From Eukaryota sp. TZLM1-RC (Eukaryota; Protista; Metamonada: BaSk clade), in contig JAUPSS010000002.1 in NCBI GenBank assembly GCA_040285825.1, positions 434,001-498,000 on the forward strand: a stretch of 64,000 nt of DNA, read 5' to 3'. Below are positions 52,702 to 64,000 of the stretch, one piece after another. The notes below the pieces were generated by a model that was given only the letters and a program-made list of their open reading frames with translations, was not told the origin of the DNA and searched no databases. The position numbers were made by a program, and so were the translations under genes. How positions within the stretch are numbered: position 1 is the first letter of the stretch; each line of letters opens with the position of its first letter.

Positions 52702-54433
52702 TTAGGTGAATTGGATGTTGATGTGCAAAATTCAGTTTTGGTTTTCGTTTTGTCCACATAATTATAAAATCCTCTTTCACCACACCCCTTCTTTCACTAA
52801 CACTATTCTTTTTATTAACACTTGAACGAACACTATAATAAAACATGAATCGATAATATTTTATTTTGGAACTATTAGTTATGTGGTGAGTATTAGCACT
52901 TTTAGTTACAATTTAAATCACCTATAATACTACCGTCACTAATATAATAAATTAATAATAATAATATATGATAAGTGAATAATATTTATATAATAGAAAT
53001 AATAATTTATTATATCTATTATTATTTATTATTATAGATATATATTGAATAAATATTATTCACTACTGGGGTTTTCATTTCGGTTGCATTTTGGTGTACA
53101 AACATTTTCAACCAACCATTCTAACACCAAACAATCAATGCCTTTACATTTCTCTTTTCTGTTAAACGGAATGGGAGCGGTTATTTCATCCTTTGAAGAA
53201 AAGAAAAGTTCTACTTCAGAGGACAGGAATTTTTGATCACCCTTAAACAGATAATAAGAGACATCAACTCTCACTTTAAGCATAGTGGATGGGTCTACAC
53301 CATCAGGGATGCTAAATAATGATATCATATGGAGTTGGTTAAAAAATGGTGACGAAAGGAATTTATGTACTTCAAATGACAATCACAGTAGTATTTACAC
53401 AAATTATTATTAACTACGCACATTCAAAACAGTGAAGGTTCAGAAATAGGTTATTAAACAGAAAATCTTCTTTCTCAAGGGTCCGAACCTGAATTCAAGG
53501 GAAAAGGTTTCACTCATAGCAGCGTGGACGTCTTCAGACTTATCATCGTATCACACTACATTGATAAGAAATTGGTCAACATCAATCTCTGCAAGGAAGC
53601 CATGTTGACTAACATTACAAGTGTCTTCAATGCAGTTTCAATTGGAGTTTATTAAGTTCAAAAATCTTCTGCTCATTAGACTTTAGAAGTTCATGTATAT
53701 CAGCAGTAGGTTAGACTGGAGTAGATTGAGATTGGAGTGAGTTGATTCGTAGAGAGTGAACAAACGATACCAGAGGTGTAAGGGTGTATATTGACAACTG
53801 ATGGTAAAACAAGTGAAGACAGGAGTTGGTGTAACGATGTATCGGTAACCAAGTAGCAAGTTTTGGAAGTGGGAACATCTTGTATGGAGGAAAGATGAGT
53901 AAAAAGAGTGTGAAGAGTGTGAAGAGGGCGAAGTAGAGAGATAAGGTTATAATAAGTATTCCGATGTCTAGTTTCACGACAAGAAGTGCAGCAGAAGTTA
54001 TTGGAGCAGCTTGGGATGGACGATCTGCAATAGACTCGAGTCTAGACTCAAGAATAGAGGCCAGTAGTGCCTCTACAGACTGTCTTTTGTTAGTCTATTT
54101 TATGGGATCCAATGTTTTATAATCAATGTGTGAGCGCACTAAACGAAACCTATAATAGCTATAATAGAAAAGCCAACAGTTCCACAAAGATCCATGGCGA
54201 ACTCAGATATAATTGAACGAGAAGCAAAAGGTTCTTCGTCCAAGAGGAAAAGAAATGGGAAGGAAGTGTGTGCATTGAATCTCACGACGATCGAGAAGAC
54301 TTACAAGGATAATACGAAGCTGGAACTCTTGCTTACTGTTGTAAACAGAGTTTGTTTCCAAAGGAGCAATATTAAGAGTGAGCATGTGGCGCATGCCAAC
54401 TATGACTAGATTTTACTAGTCAGTAAAAATAAA

Positions 54434-54616
54434 CTAAGTTCTAAGATAAACAGGCCTGCCTTCTTTACCAGATAACCAGTGATCAAATACATTCAACATA
54501 TTCAAACAAGCCATCTTGTTCCTAATCCAATACTTTGCCTTGATTGCTTCTCTACTTTCTGACTTTTTACATCGTGCTTTTGTATCATTAATACACTGAG
54601 AACTTCTACATTCCAA
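54434..54616 (-). pseudogene. Fanzor1 extreme C-terminal fragment
   Basis: ECRSSQC...YWIRNKMACLNM (degenerate WNRD.NA.LNM) and GRPVYLR tail. Confidence 0.65.
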
Positions 54617-54659
54617 AAGCCCATGAGGAGATTTGAACGGTGTTTTTTCAGCACTTTAA

Positions 54660-54850
54660 GGGATAGAGACAATTTTGTTCATTCATGGGGTTCGAATCAG
54701 CATGGAAGACTTGGATTAGGATATGATGATGATAAGGGCATTACCTTCATAGACTTACCTGAAAAAATTGAAAATTTAGTTAATGTAATTGACATTTCTA
54801 CATCAAGTTCCCATTCTCTAGCTGTTCTAGATAACGGCGAGGTCATGGCA
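54660..54850 (+). pseudogene. RCC1-repeat gene fragment
   Basis: VHSWGSNQHGRLGLG...SHSLAVLDNGEV; a single repeat only. Confidence 0.6.
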
Positions 54851-55206
54851 AGATTGTTGTGGAACTGCATCAGTTCCTTGTTTGTCATTTGGTAAAATAA
54901 TCGAAAGAATGGGGTATTATGGTGTTGTTTATTTTGAAGAAGGTGAATATAATGAAATTAATTTTGACGTTGAGTATTGCAGAGGCAGTCAACGAGCAGG
55001 ACCAAGCAGCAGATTATTCACTGGATGAGGAAGTCCTACCGATCCTTGTTATTTCAGAAATCTTTATGTTTCGGAGGACATTGAGGAGGAATGATATGAT
55101 CTCAAATGCGTTTTTCTTTCGATAGTGGAGTTATAGGTTTAGTATTTGTTAGTGGAAATAAACATGTTTTATTCATAACGATTTGACAAGTCAGAAAGTA
55201 ACATCA

Positions 55207-55314
55207 TTTTATAGCCTAAAAAACACACCACCAGGTGGTTCAATTTTACCACCATGTGGACCACGCGGTGGCACATGGTGGTTGGAGCCACCATAAAGAC
55301 AATTTGGTATAAAA
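55207..55314. repeat. GC-rich palindromic element
   Basis: Perfect 11-bp inverted repeat ACCACCATGTG (55248-55258) / CACATGGTGGT (55272-55282); repeated CCACCA; imperfect outer inverted repeat. Confidence 0.6.
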
Positions 55315-55415
55315 CTTATTTTCTCTTAAAGATTCCACTCAAAAACTCAACTCAATACATCTTCATCAGTCTAAAAAGGACACATATTTCATTTTTATAG
55401 ACAGCATCTGTAAGA

Positions 55416-56348
55416 ATGAGTCACCAACTTTTCTTCATTAGAGCTCCTGTACAGGGCAGTGCTCGAATCACTGTTTGTGGCCGAATACATTCCCTTAATT
55501 GTTTTAGTTGTTCTCGCATCTTTGTAGAGTGTGAGATACTTTTGTATGATGGGTGCTCTCTGAGCAAATCCGAGTCGTTATCAAAAGTTACTTCTCCTGT
55601 CTTCTCTTCACAAAGTAACAATGATACAGCCATTCATTGTAGTTTTCCTTTCAATTTTGATCTAGAACTTTCTCCTAATACAGTAGCTTCATTGCTAGAC
55701 CCTTCACACACACCCCAACTTTTTTCCCAACCAATTCTTACTTTTTGTGTTCGTTCAGTTGATTTTTGGGGACGTCAATGGGTTGTAGGTTATTCTTGGG
55801 CTCCCATTACCATTCACACACCGTTTCAGTCACTAAATCTTCCTTGTTTTGCACTTTCCCCATGCCAATTCAATCTAATTCACAGACTAACTGAACTTTT
55901 TCTTGGTTCTTCCACCTCTTTTTCCTCTCCAACTGAAGCAGTTACTCCTTCTTATACTCCTGATGGCTTCAATTCTAGCATTTTCACTTATTTTGGTGTC
56001 AATTCAAAGTCTTCTGGCACTATCTCACTTGATTTCACCACTTGTTGTCACTTTTCGAAGAGCTGTTATGCATCATTTTCTAAACTATTGGATCAGCAAA
56101 AAGTTGTTCCTCCACAATGTTTTGCTCCATATGCCAAAAAACAAGAACTAGAACGTGTCCGATTTTCATCAGACGCCAGCAAACAGTCTTCACAATTAAT
56201 ACCCCCTTCCGAGACATCATCAACCACGAATGCTGCAATGAGTACTACCTCAACACCTTCTACCATACCTCCAAAGGCCATTGAGACACTTGAGCGTTTA
56301 AGAAGAAGACATCGTAGTAGAGCAAGGGGAGAGGGGGGCACTTTGTGA
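55416..56348 (+). CDS. MKS1: B9-domain ciliary transition-zone protein, MKS1-like
   Basis: FCVRSVDFWGRQWVVGYS, LTELFLGSS, FGVNSKSSGTISL, basic helical C terminus. Confidence 0.65.
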   Translation: MSHQLFFIRAPVQGSARITVCGRIHSLNCFSCSRIFVECEILLYDGCSLSKSESLSKVTSPVFSSQSNNDTAIHCSFPFNFDLELSPNTVASLLDPSHTPQLFSQPILTFCVRSVDFWGRQWVVGYSWAPITIHTPFQSLNLPCFALSPCQFNLIHRLTELFLGSSTSFSSPTEAVTPSYTPDGFNSSIFTYFGVNSKSSGTISLDFTTCCHFSKSCYASFSKLLDQQKVVPPQCFAPYAKKQELERVRFSSDASKQSSQLIPPSETSSTTNAAMSTTSTPSTIPPKAIETLERLRRRHRSRARGEGGTL

Positions 56349-56477
56349 GTCATTGAAGACGATTATCCGTGAATTCTTGTCCTCATCAACTTTGTACAAT
56401 AGGTTGATAGTTTTTTCTATATTATACGAACTATTGTCAAGTTTTTGGATTATTATTTGTATAGTTTAGTAATAAAT

Positions 56478-57101
56478 TTAATTTATTGCAACACGAATTA
56501 CATCAACTTCAATTACTTGGTTTTTCTTCTTATGAAACTTCATGGTCTTTTTTAGATCGTATTTTAATGTAGCAATAGCTTCAGCCTGTAAGCCCCTCCT
56601 CCTCAACGTAGAAACTATATAATTTCTTGTAGAGGTCTTGTGGAGTGAATAAACAGCTCCAGTAGCCAACTCAATGGCCTTATCGAGGAACAACATGTCG
56701 ATTCCTTTATTGTGCTTGGTTCCAAAAGGAGGATTGAGTAAAACTGTATCAAACCTGGGGTGATTGGATGCATCCAACTTAGAAATGTCTGTCAATTCAA
56801 AAGTAATGTTGTCAATATCTGTGAACTGTGCGTTTTCTCTGGCTATGACAAGGGCATCTTCATCAACATCTAAAGATTTAACTGAGGATGCTCCTAATAA
56901 ACTCGCACCAATTGAAAGCATTCCTGTACCACAACCAAGGTCACAAACATTCTTATCAGCTATGTCGTTATAAGAAAAGTCTGCATTATAGAGTAGAACA
57001 GCTGCACTATCAGCAGGGGTGATGTACTGTTCAAGCATCACCTTGGGAGTTTCAAAATCCCTAACCTGTTGAAGGGAAGCTTGCAATTCCCATAACTTCA
57101 T
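56478..57101 (-). CDS. METTL5: 18S rRNA N6-adenosine methyltransferase METTL5
   Basis: PKVMLEQYIT, DLGCGTGMLSIG, NPPFGTKHNKGIDM, VYSLHKTSTR. Confidence 0.93.
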   Translation of the reverse strand: MKLWELQASLQQVRDFETPKVMLEQYITPADSAAVLLYNADFSYNDIADKNVCDLGCGTGMLSIGASLLGASSVKSLDVDEDALVIARENAQFTDIDNITFELTDISKLDASNHPRFDTVLLNPPFGTKHNKGIDMLFLDKAIELATGAVYSLHKTSTRNYIVSTLRRRGLQAEAIATLKYDLKKTMKFHKKKNQVIEVDVIRVAIN

Positions 57102-58224
57102 TGTTATGAAGTATACTGAAGTTATGATGAGGATTTAATATTTTATAATTATAATTCTTGTTGCAATTCATATATATTTTCTGATACCGCATAGGCTTGT
57201 CTCCCTGAGTTTTCTGTAGTCAACTCACAGTCCCAAGCAGATTTTTTTCTTCCAAGCAGTCTGTTTGTATCAGAGTTTCTCTCCTATCAGCAAACTTGAA
57301 TGTCAAAATGATTGTGTTGAAACAAATAGAGGCTTTGATATTTTCAAACGATACATCATTGTACTCTTTTTAAGAGCCATAAAGTAATAACATGAAAAAA
57401 AATCATTTATAGTTTGTATCGTCTCAATTTGGGTAGAGAACACATTGTTCTTGCTGAATTTACTGATTTTGAAAATACTCATTGTCAAGACAACACCTGA
57501 TGCTCAGCGTAAATTTTGCATAATTAGCAGTATTTTGCAATAAATAGCACTGATAGACTGTTGTTAATTTTGGAACCTTCTCAAAATCACTAACAGATAT
57601 CAAATATACAAAAGGAGAACAGCTCAACGTAATGAATAAAGTATTGTTTTTGTGGTGAAAATACAATAATCAACTTCAACAATAGCGAATTTTGTTTAGA
57701 GAAGGAGCAGTTCAAGTATAATTAAAGAGATTGACCCAAAACTTAGTAGTTTTATGCCTGTGCCCTTGATTTTGTTCAGAATGATGACTAATCACTTTTT
57801 ACTCTCACAATACAGTTGTCAAATTAGATTTATTGACAAAAAAGTACAAGGGAGGTGTTGACAAACTCCAGTGTGACCAAAAAATCCATTATATGGAATT
57901 ATGGTTGTATATTTAAAAAACCCATATTTGATAAATGAGACCCCATTGAATTTTATTTGATCAAATCATGGTCTATATACTATAGTCCTGGATAGTGTAA
58001 CTTTTTGCTCTTTGGGGTCGAAAAACTGATCATGAATTGGTCATGGTTGCTCAACTTGAAAATCAACAACAGAGAACAAGTAGGATGATGAATAAAGTTA
58101 GGTAATGCAAATGGTTAAGAACGACTCAAATGTGATGCCTGTGACATAATGCTAACAGCAAAAAGGTAAGATAACTTTAATAAGATTCACTGGCCCTTAT
58201 AAAGATGGTCTTGGCTGGTTAGTG

Positions 58225-61200
58225 TCAGACATACAGAGTAAATGTAATGAAATTTATTACGAATTCAGTGAATATAGTTAATTTCCTCGAAATTAAATAA
58301 TTTTCTAAACTACTGTGAGTGAGAATTAGTAAAATTGCATACAACTCTTTCTGAAGTACAGACCAATTCTTTTGTGAAGTTGATAATAATCGGCTAAAGA
58401 ATGCAATAGGTACAAACTGTCTCTTAATTAGCGGAGTCGTAGGATCTTTAGGTGGGTTAGCTTCTTGCCAGATTACTCCACCTACAGCCACATCAAACGC
58501 GTTAGCACTTATTGAAATATGCTTGTCTTCTGAGTGCAATTCAAGAGGTATATTTGCTTTGATAAGATTTATAATCTTATCAGAAGCCTCGTCATGATCA
58601 GAAGTCCACTTCATTTTTGACGGTTTGTTTCTGGTTAATTTGTTGATTGGTTCTATCAAATCAGACAAATTTGGCAACCAGTCACGTATATAATTGATCG
58701 AACCTATAAAACTCCTTACTTCATTTAATGTCCTGGGTTTGGGTAAGTTGATCAGTCCCTCAATCCTAGATTCATCTATATAACGGGTTTTGTTTACAAA
58801 AATACTACCTAGAATTTTTATTTCATGTTTGCAAGTGGTAAAGCTACACTTGGGTAGGCCAAGGTTAACTCTAAAACGTTTGGCGCGTTCTAGGACCGTA
58901 CCTACTCTAGATAGAAATTCATCCAGGGTCGAAGCTACTATTATTATATCATCGATATAAATAAATACGCCCTCAGAATCAAATATTTCCATCATCGTGT
59001 TTTGGAAGACTGCAGGAACGTTCTTCAAACCAAAACAAGCCCTTTTAAAACTGATCAACATCCCGGGAATTGATACGGTAGTTTTATCAATATCCTCTTC
59101 TGCAATTTTGAGCTGCCAAAATGCCTTAGGTAAATCTAGAGTTGCTTTGTAATTGGCTTTACTTAGGAACTGTAAAATGTCGCTAATCCTGGGCAAATTC
59201 GCTGCCACAGGTTTAGTTAAATCGTTTACTCCACCTATACTACTAAAATCGCCAGTTAATCGTGGTTTCCTGTGATCAGGGTAAATCACAAGACAGATGG
59301 AACTACTGAATTGAGACTTAGCGGGCACAGCAAATCCATTACGGATCGATTCGTTAAAAATTTCCTCGGCTGCCCGTTGTTTCTCTGGGTTTAATCTTCG
59401 AGGTTTTCTTTTGACGACCTTACTTTGGTCATAAAATGGAATGGTCATCGGCTGACAATCAATTCCATCCAGGTGGGGTAGCCCACTAGATACATCTCTG
59501 TATTTTTCGAGTAGCACGACTAGGCGTTCCTCGTCCCTAATGTCATCCAGGCATGTTCTACAGCCCAACTCATCTCAATAATGTCTGAATGTGGAGTGCC
59601 CAAAATCATTACCTAAGTCTGATTTATTACTCAATTGATCTATGAATCTATGAATCTACCCACATTAAAAACCAGAACATTATTTGAACATCCTAGGGTC
59701 GTGGAGCGAATACCGTTCGCCGATAAATATTGGACGGTTTTATTGTCATTGACCGTCATATTACATTTTAGAGCTAAATCCATCGATTATGCTGAGAATG
59801 CAGCTCCATTATCGATTTCGTCATTTATTTCCACGTTGTCCATTGAACAGTTCAACCAAAGTTCCCCGTTAGAATTTGTTTGGTCTCCTGTCACCCTGGA
59901 TAGTCTAACATTGTGGATAGAACCCACAGGATTGACCGACTCTCTCAATCTTTGTAATGGATTTAGCTGTCCATAATTCGTGCCAACTTTTCTCATTTTG
60001 TAAATGGTATTGACCGAATTATGTGTAACGTTTAAAGATGAATATTCATCTGATTTATTACTACTACTATACATTTTTTGTTTGTCACCTGAACCACCTC
60101 TTGGTTTCTTGTTGCCAAATCTACCTACTACTGAAAAACATTTGTCTTCAGCGTGTCTATTTGTATTACAGATGCTACACCATTGCCCAGGAGGAATTTG
60201 CATGGGTTGATGTTTAGGTTTGACACTACCCTTCGATCCTCTAGGGTGCATTCTTGAGGAACCTCTTGACTGGCTAGTTCCTCTGAACAAAGGTTTATTA
60301 CCAACAAAATTTCACATTTGATAACTCTAGGTTCTCAAACTCTTTCAATTTCTGAACGAAGCCTTGTCCAAGAGCATATATGGCATCGCCCAGTTTGCTA
60401 ATGTTCCTGCTACCTTGAGGAAATTCATTAATCCAAATCCCGTAGGTATTGAATAGTTGGTCGTTAGTTATCTTGTTGATTTCCTCTAAGATTTTCCCGG
60501 CGAAAAAAAAACAATAGAAGGCTACCCATCGGTTTCCGGCATTGCGGTTGACCGTCTTATTATATATATAAACTGCTCTATAAATGTGTTCCAAATCACT
60601 TCCACAGATTTTCGACAATCTTCTTCCTGGAAGTGACGCTACAGAAGGAGTTAAGAACATATTATTCGCTTCCTCCAAAGGTAGTGTTTCACTCAAATCC
60701 AGAATGTATTTCAATTTACGAGATTCGTCCTTATCTGGGAGTTTCTAGGTTTCAGGTTTTAATTCAGCCCAGTTAGGGGCGCTCTTAAACCCTTTAGGAA
60801 TCCCTTCCACATGGTGTTTATAAGGTAGACAACTACCCTTGATCAACACATTGTCGAGAACTCTTTGATCAGGGTAAGAATCTACCCATGCCTTGAGTTT
60901 TTCAATCCATGCGTCAAGATACATCAATTTAATCTTGTTGAATCCGACTCGTTGTTCTTTCAATTCAATGACTTTGGTTCATTTAGTTCGAACAAAGGTT
61001 TCCTTATGATGAAATTGGATAGTATAACCTCTATACGCAACGAATCGACCTCTCAATAGCAGCAGAACGTCGATCATTCTGTCTTTTGGGTGGACATTTT
61101 CAATTAGAAAATGCCTCACAGTTCCTCTGAGTAAACGGCCCATTTGATGGTCAGAATACATCTTGGCAATCCAAAACAACCTATTCTCATACTCATCACT

Positions 61201-62486
61201 TCTGCGGATATGATGTTTTCCTGTGCGGAGTTGTTCAATAGGAATGGCATTCATGTGCCAAAGAGCAGGCTTCGGACTAGCTGCCTGGTACTCTGTACTT
61301 TGTGCGTCAAAGTAAAAATTTCCAGGATCTTCAGCTACAAAACTAATAAAGCTCTCTGAACATTGATCTAATCGATCCAAAAAATGAACATCTTGATCTT
61401 GTTCTTCGAGAACTAAGTCGTCCTGCGTGTATCCACGTGAACTGCCTAATAGCAAAGGCCAACGTTTTTTTAGAAACTCTTCTCTTTCCTCTACACATCG
61501 CTTCAATCTCTGAGATCATCAGATGGGCTGGCGATGATGGTCGGAAAAAAATCTCTAACCACATGGGCGACTCTCTCCTTCAATTCTAGACGGTACCACT
61601 CTTGAAAAGTGCGGTATTCAGTTTCCGTCGATTCAATATCAGAAGAATCAGTGTGGGGTTTATCACCATACCCATCTCCAGTCCCATCATTCGGGTTAGA
61701 TGTTCCCGTCTGAGAGGAGGTAACAATTACAGAAGACGAGTCTTCATGAGTTTCTTCAGACGGGGAGGGAGGAGGGTTCGTGTTGGGGATAACCTCTCCA
61801 TCTCCTTCCAACATTTTAGAAAGAAGCTGTTGGCTTTTCACACCAAAAGGTAACTTCAACCCATTAGATAGAATGTTATCCGGGTCATAGGTGTGTTTGC
61901 CAATCTTACTCTTCTTAGGAGGAGCATTCTTGCAAGTGAAGTGCTTCTCCCCTCAGGGGGAGGACTTCTCTTCCGTGAGGAAGGACTTTCCTAATGTGGA
62001 CGAATACTCTCCTTAATTGGAGGGATGTTACTGCTAACATCATGGCCGTTGCAGCCATCAATTAATGATGCCTGTGACTTCGTGGTAACAGCAAAAATGT
62101 AAATAATTGTTCACCTTCTGTACAAACGTTAGAATTGTTAGTTATTGCTAACGCTTTGAATTTCTGTTGCTCGCTTGAAGTAAGAAAACTCTCCCTAGAA
62201 GGAAGGAGCTCCGAGGAGTTGTTAGGGTATGTGTACAGTTCTGTCACATCAACAACGTGATTACCACTCTCCTTATTGGGGAGGTGACTTTCTTTTTGCA
62301 TACAAATAAAGCATACTATAAAGGTAATGTAATTTATTATCAGGAGAAATACAATTCATTCAACTTAACGTAAAACTATAAAACTAAAGCTATCAATACT
62401 ATTAAAGACTAACAAATTGAGCAAATATTATGTATCTTACAAACATATTGATTGTCAACTGTAGTTTGTTTAACATGACTGTTACA
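58225..62486 (-). mobile_element. Ty3/Gypsy LTR retrotransposon remnant (gag-PR-RT-RH; integrase missing)
   Basis: CSICNTNRHAEDKC knuckle, protease IDNGA, RT LDLPKAFWQ and YIDD, RNase H VAVGGVIWQ and QKELYAI; multiple stops. Possible LTR start TGTAACAG at 62486. Confidence 0.85.
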
Positions 62487-62494
62487 ACCTTGAA

Positions 62495-62645
62495 TTGTGG
62501 AGCATTCATAAAATGCAAGCTTACATTCACAAGCAAAATACTGAAAGTTGGTTGTTAAAAAACATTATTCAACAGTTTAGCAACCCAAAAGACACTTTTA
62601 TACTAATGGCTGATTATGGTAAAAACGGTTCTAAAAATTTGAAAC
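62495..62645 (+). pseudogene. Fanzor1 internal fragment (bridge-helix region)
   Basis: KMQAYIHKQNTESWLLKNIIQQFSNPKDTFILMADYGK fits the Fanzor1 pattern K..YI..Q..E....N....F..P......GD[YW]. Confidence 0.6.
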
Positions 62646-62739
62646 AACAGAGAATTGATGCATTGGATGGTTTCAATTTCTCAATATAAATTGATATGAA
62701 GTTTAGTTGTCATCAGTAATCTTCAACCTGATGATTATG

Positions 62740-63868
62740 AAACTTTTACTTTATCAAAGTACATTGTATATTTTGAACTGGTTGTCAACGCAAAGTTCCA
62801 CTGTTTTTGTATTAAATAAAGAAATTTCAAAAATTGATGTAGAAAAATGGAGTTGACGCTTTCTCCATTCATCCAATGGCAATATTCCAGAAAAGAATGT
62901 TTTAAATTTAAAATACACTCTTCGAACATTACAGAAACGATTGACTGGCTTGTGTGAAAATGATCTTTATAATAATATCTGCAGCTCGGCTGTTTTAAAT
63001 CAAGATCTTCACTCATTGTTATTGGAAAAGGGTGTTTGTGAAAACAGGTCATCGGATTCTTCACTTTTTGTGACCATTGTACCACGAAAATTTGGACTGT
63101 GTGCTACTAATGAAGCATTTGTCACAAAAATGAGATTATATTTGAATATCCCCATTAATCAATTATTATCAAAAGAAAAATGTATTTGTTCGAATTCATC
63201 TCAGCTCACTTTGCGACGTACTCTGAATTGTTCGGAATTGATAACTTATCGTTCTTCATTACATGATGCTGTTGGAGACACTGTTTTCAATATGGCACAA
63301 ACTGCAAGAATATCGTGTATCAAAGAACCTGTGCTGAAGGAAACACTTTCTCTGAATAATTTTGGTTCTGATGATAGAGGTGATATATACTGTGATTGGA
63401 TTGATAAATCTGAAGCTGTTGTTGACTTTGTCTCATGTAATGTTGCAAATGATACTTTGGGTCACAGAAGAAAACTTAATCCTGTGAGTGCTCTTGATTT
63501 TAAAGCAAAAGAAAAAAATTGAAAATATGATAAGGATTTTGAAGAGGCTAACGCTGATAGAAATACACAGCTATTTTTTATTGCTTTCCCATTTCCGATA
63601 ATATACGGAAGATTATCAGTTGAAGCAGAAACTTTTTTGAATGACTTCCAAAAAATGGTTCAACAAAAAACAATGAAAAGATTTGATATTTTTTTATGGC
63701 GTTCTCGAATTCAATTTGCCATTATTAATAGATTACCTTGGTTTTTCAATCGAATAAGAGGAGCTTTAGCTAGACAGCAAGCAGATCAAGATTTTGTAGA
63801 GGAAATCTTGGTTCAATGATATTCGTCCCATTGGTTATGAATTAATTTAATTAATAATTAAGTGTGCG
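62740..63868 (+). mobile_element. Non-LTR retrotransposon 3' part (family B: CCHC + RLE)
   Basis: CICSNSSQLTLRRTLNC...HDAV...RGDIYCDWI...VVDF...LWRSRIQFAI; same family as 21401-22200 and 538-671. Confidence 0.85.
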
Positions 63869-64000
63869 GAGCTTCCTTCATGTGACACAAATAATTGAAA
63901 TCATGTCATTTCTTTTTTGTTATCTCGATGTGTTTGGGATCTTTCAACAGAATCCAGACATTTACTAGCGAGAACATCGAACTTCTCCAAAAAGCCTTTG

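Noticed and set aside
54194-54409. Fanzor N-terminal fragment on the plus strand
   Set aside because: Weak resemblance only, and its orientation is opposite to the adjacent C-terminal fragment.
1-64000. CRISPR array, tRNA or rRNA genes
   Set aside because: No regularly spaced repeats or recognisable tRNA/rRNA signatures seen by eye.

Overview
Gene-dense, nearly intron-free nuclear DNA from a flagellated microbial eukaryote. It uses the standard code, has two tiny GT-AG introns, and carries ciliary genes (IFT144/WDR19, MKS1-like). About 19 host genes lie here, including FAN1, DPE2, RB-like, OCRL, WAPL-like, BRE1, GID8-like, PPAT, WDR19, URM1, a cyclin, RCC1, a MAP3K, ADAT2, MKS1, METTL5 and the 5' part of a voltage-gated channel. 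They are separated by decayed mobile elements: RLE-type non-LTR retrotransposons, a Ty3/Gypsy remnant, a hAT remnant and a TA-flanked MITE. The main result is six remnants of Fanzor1, the eukaryotic TnpB-type RNA-guided nuclease, from at least two subfamilies. Two related copies (773-2632 minus; 33370-33504 plus) define a ~154-nt candidate omega-RNA by comparison. It has a hairpin over the stop codon, a conserved CAACGUAUUU motif and a complementary 3'-terminal GAAUA..UGGC motif. In the near-complete copy the scaffold is split by a TSD-flanked retrotransposon, and its predicted guide is the start of the host ion-channel coding sequence. All calls come from motif recognition by eye; no database searches were run.
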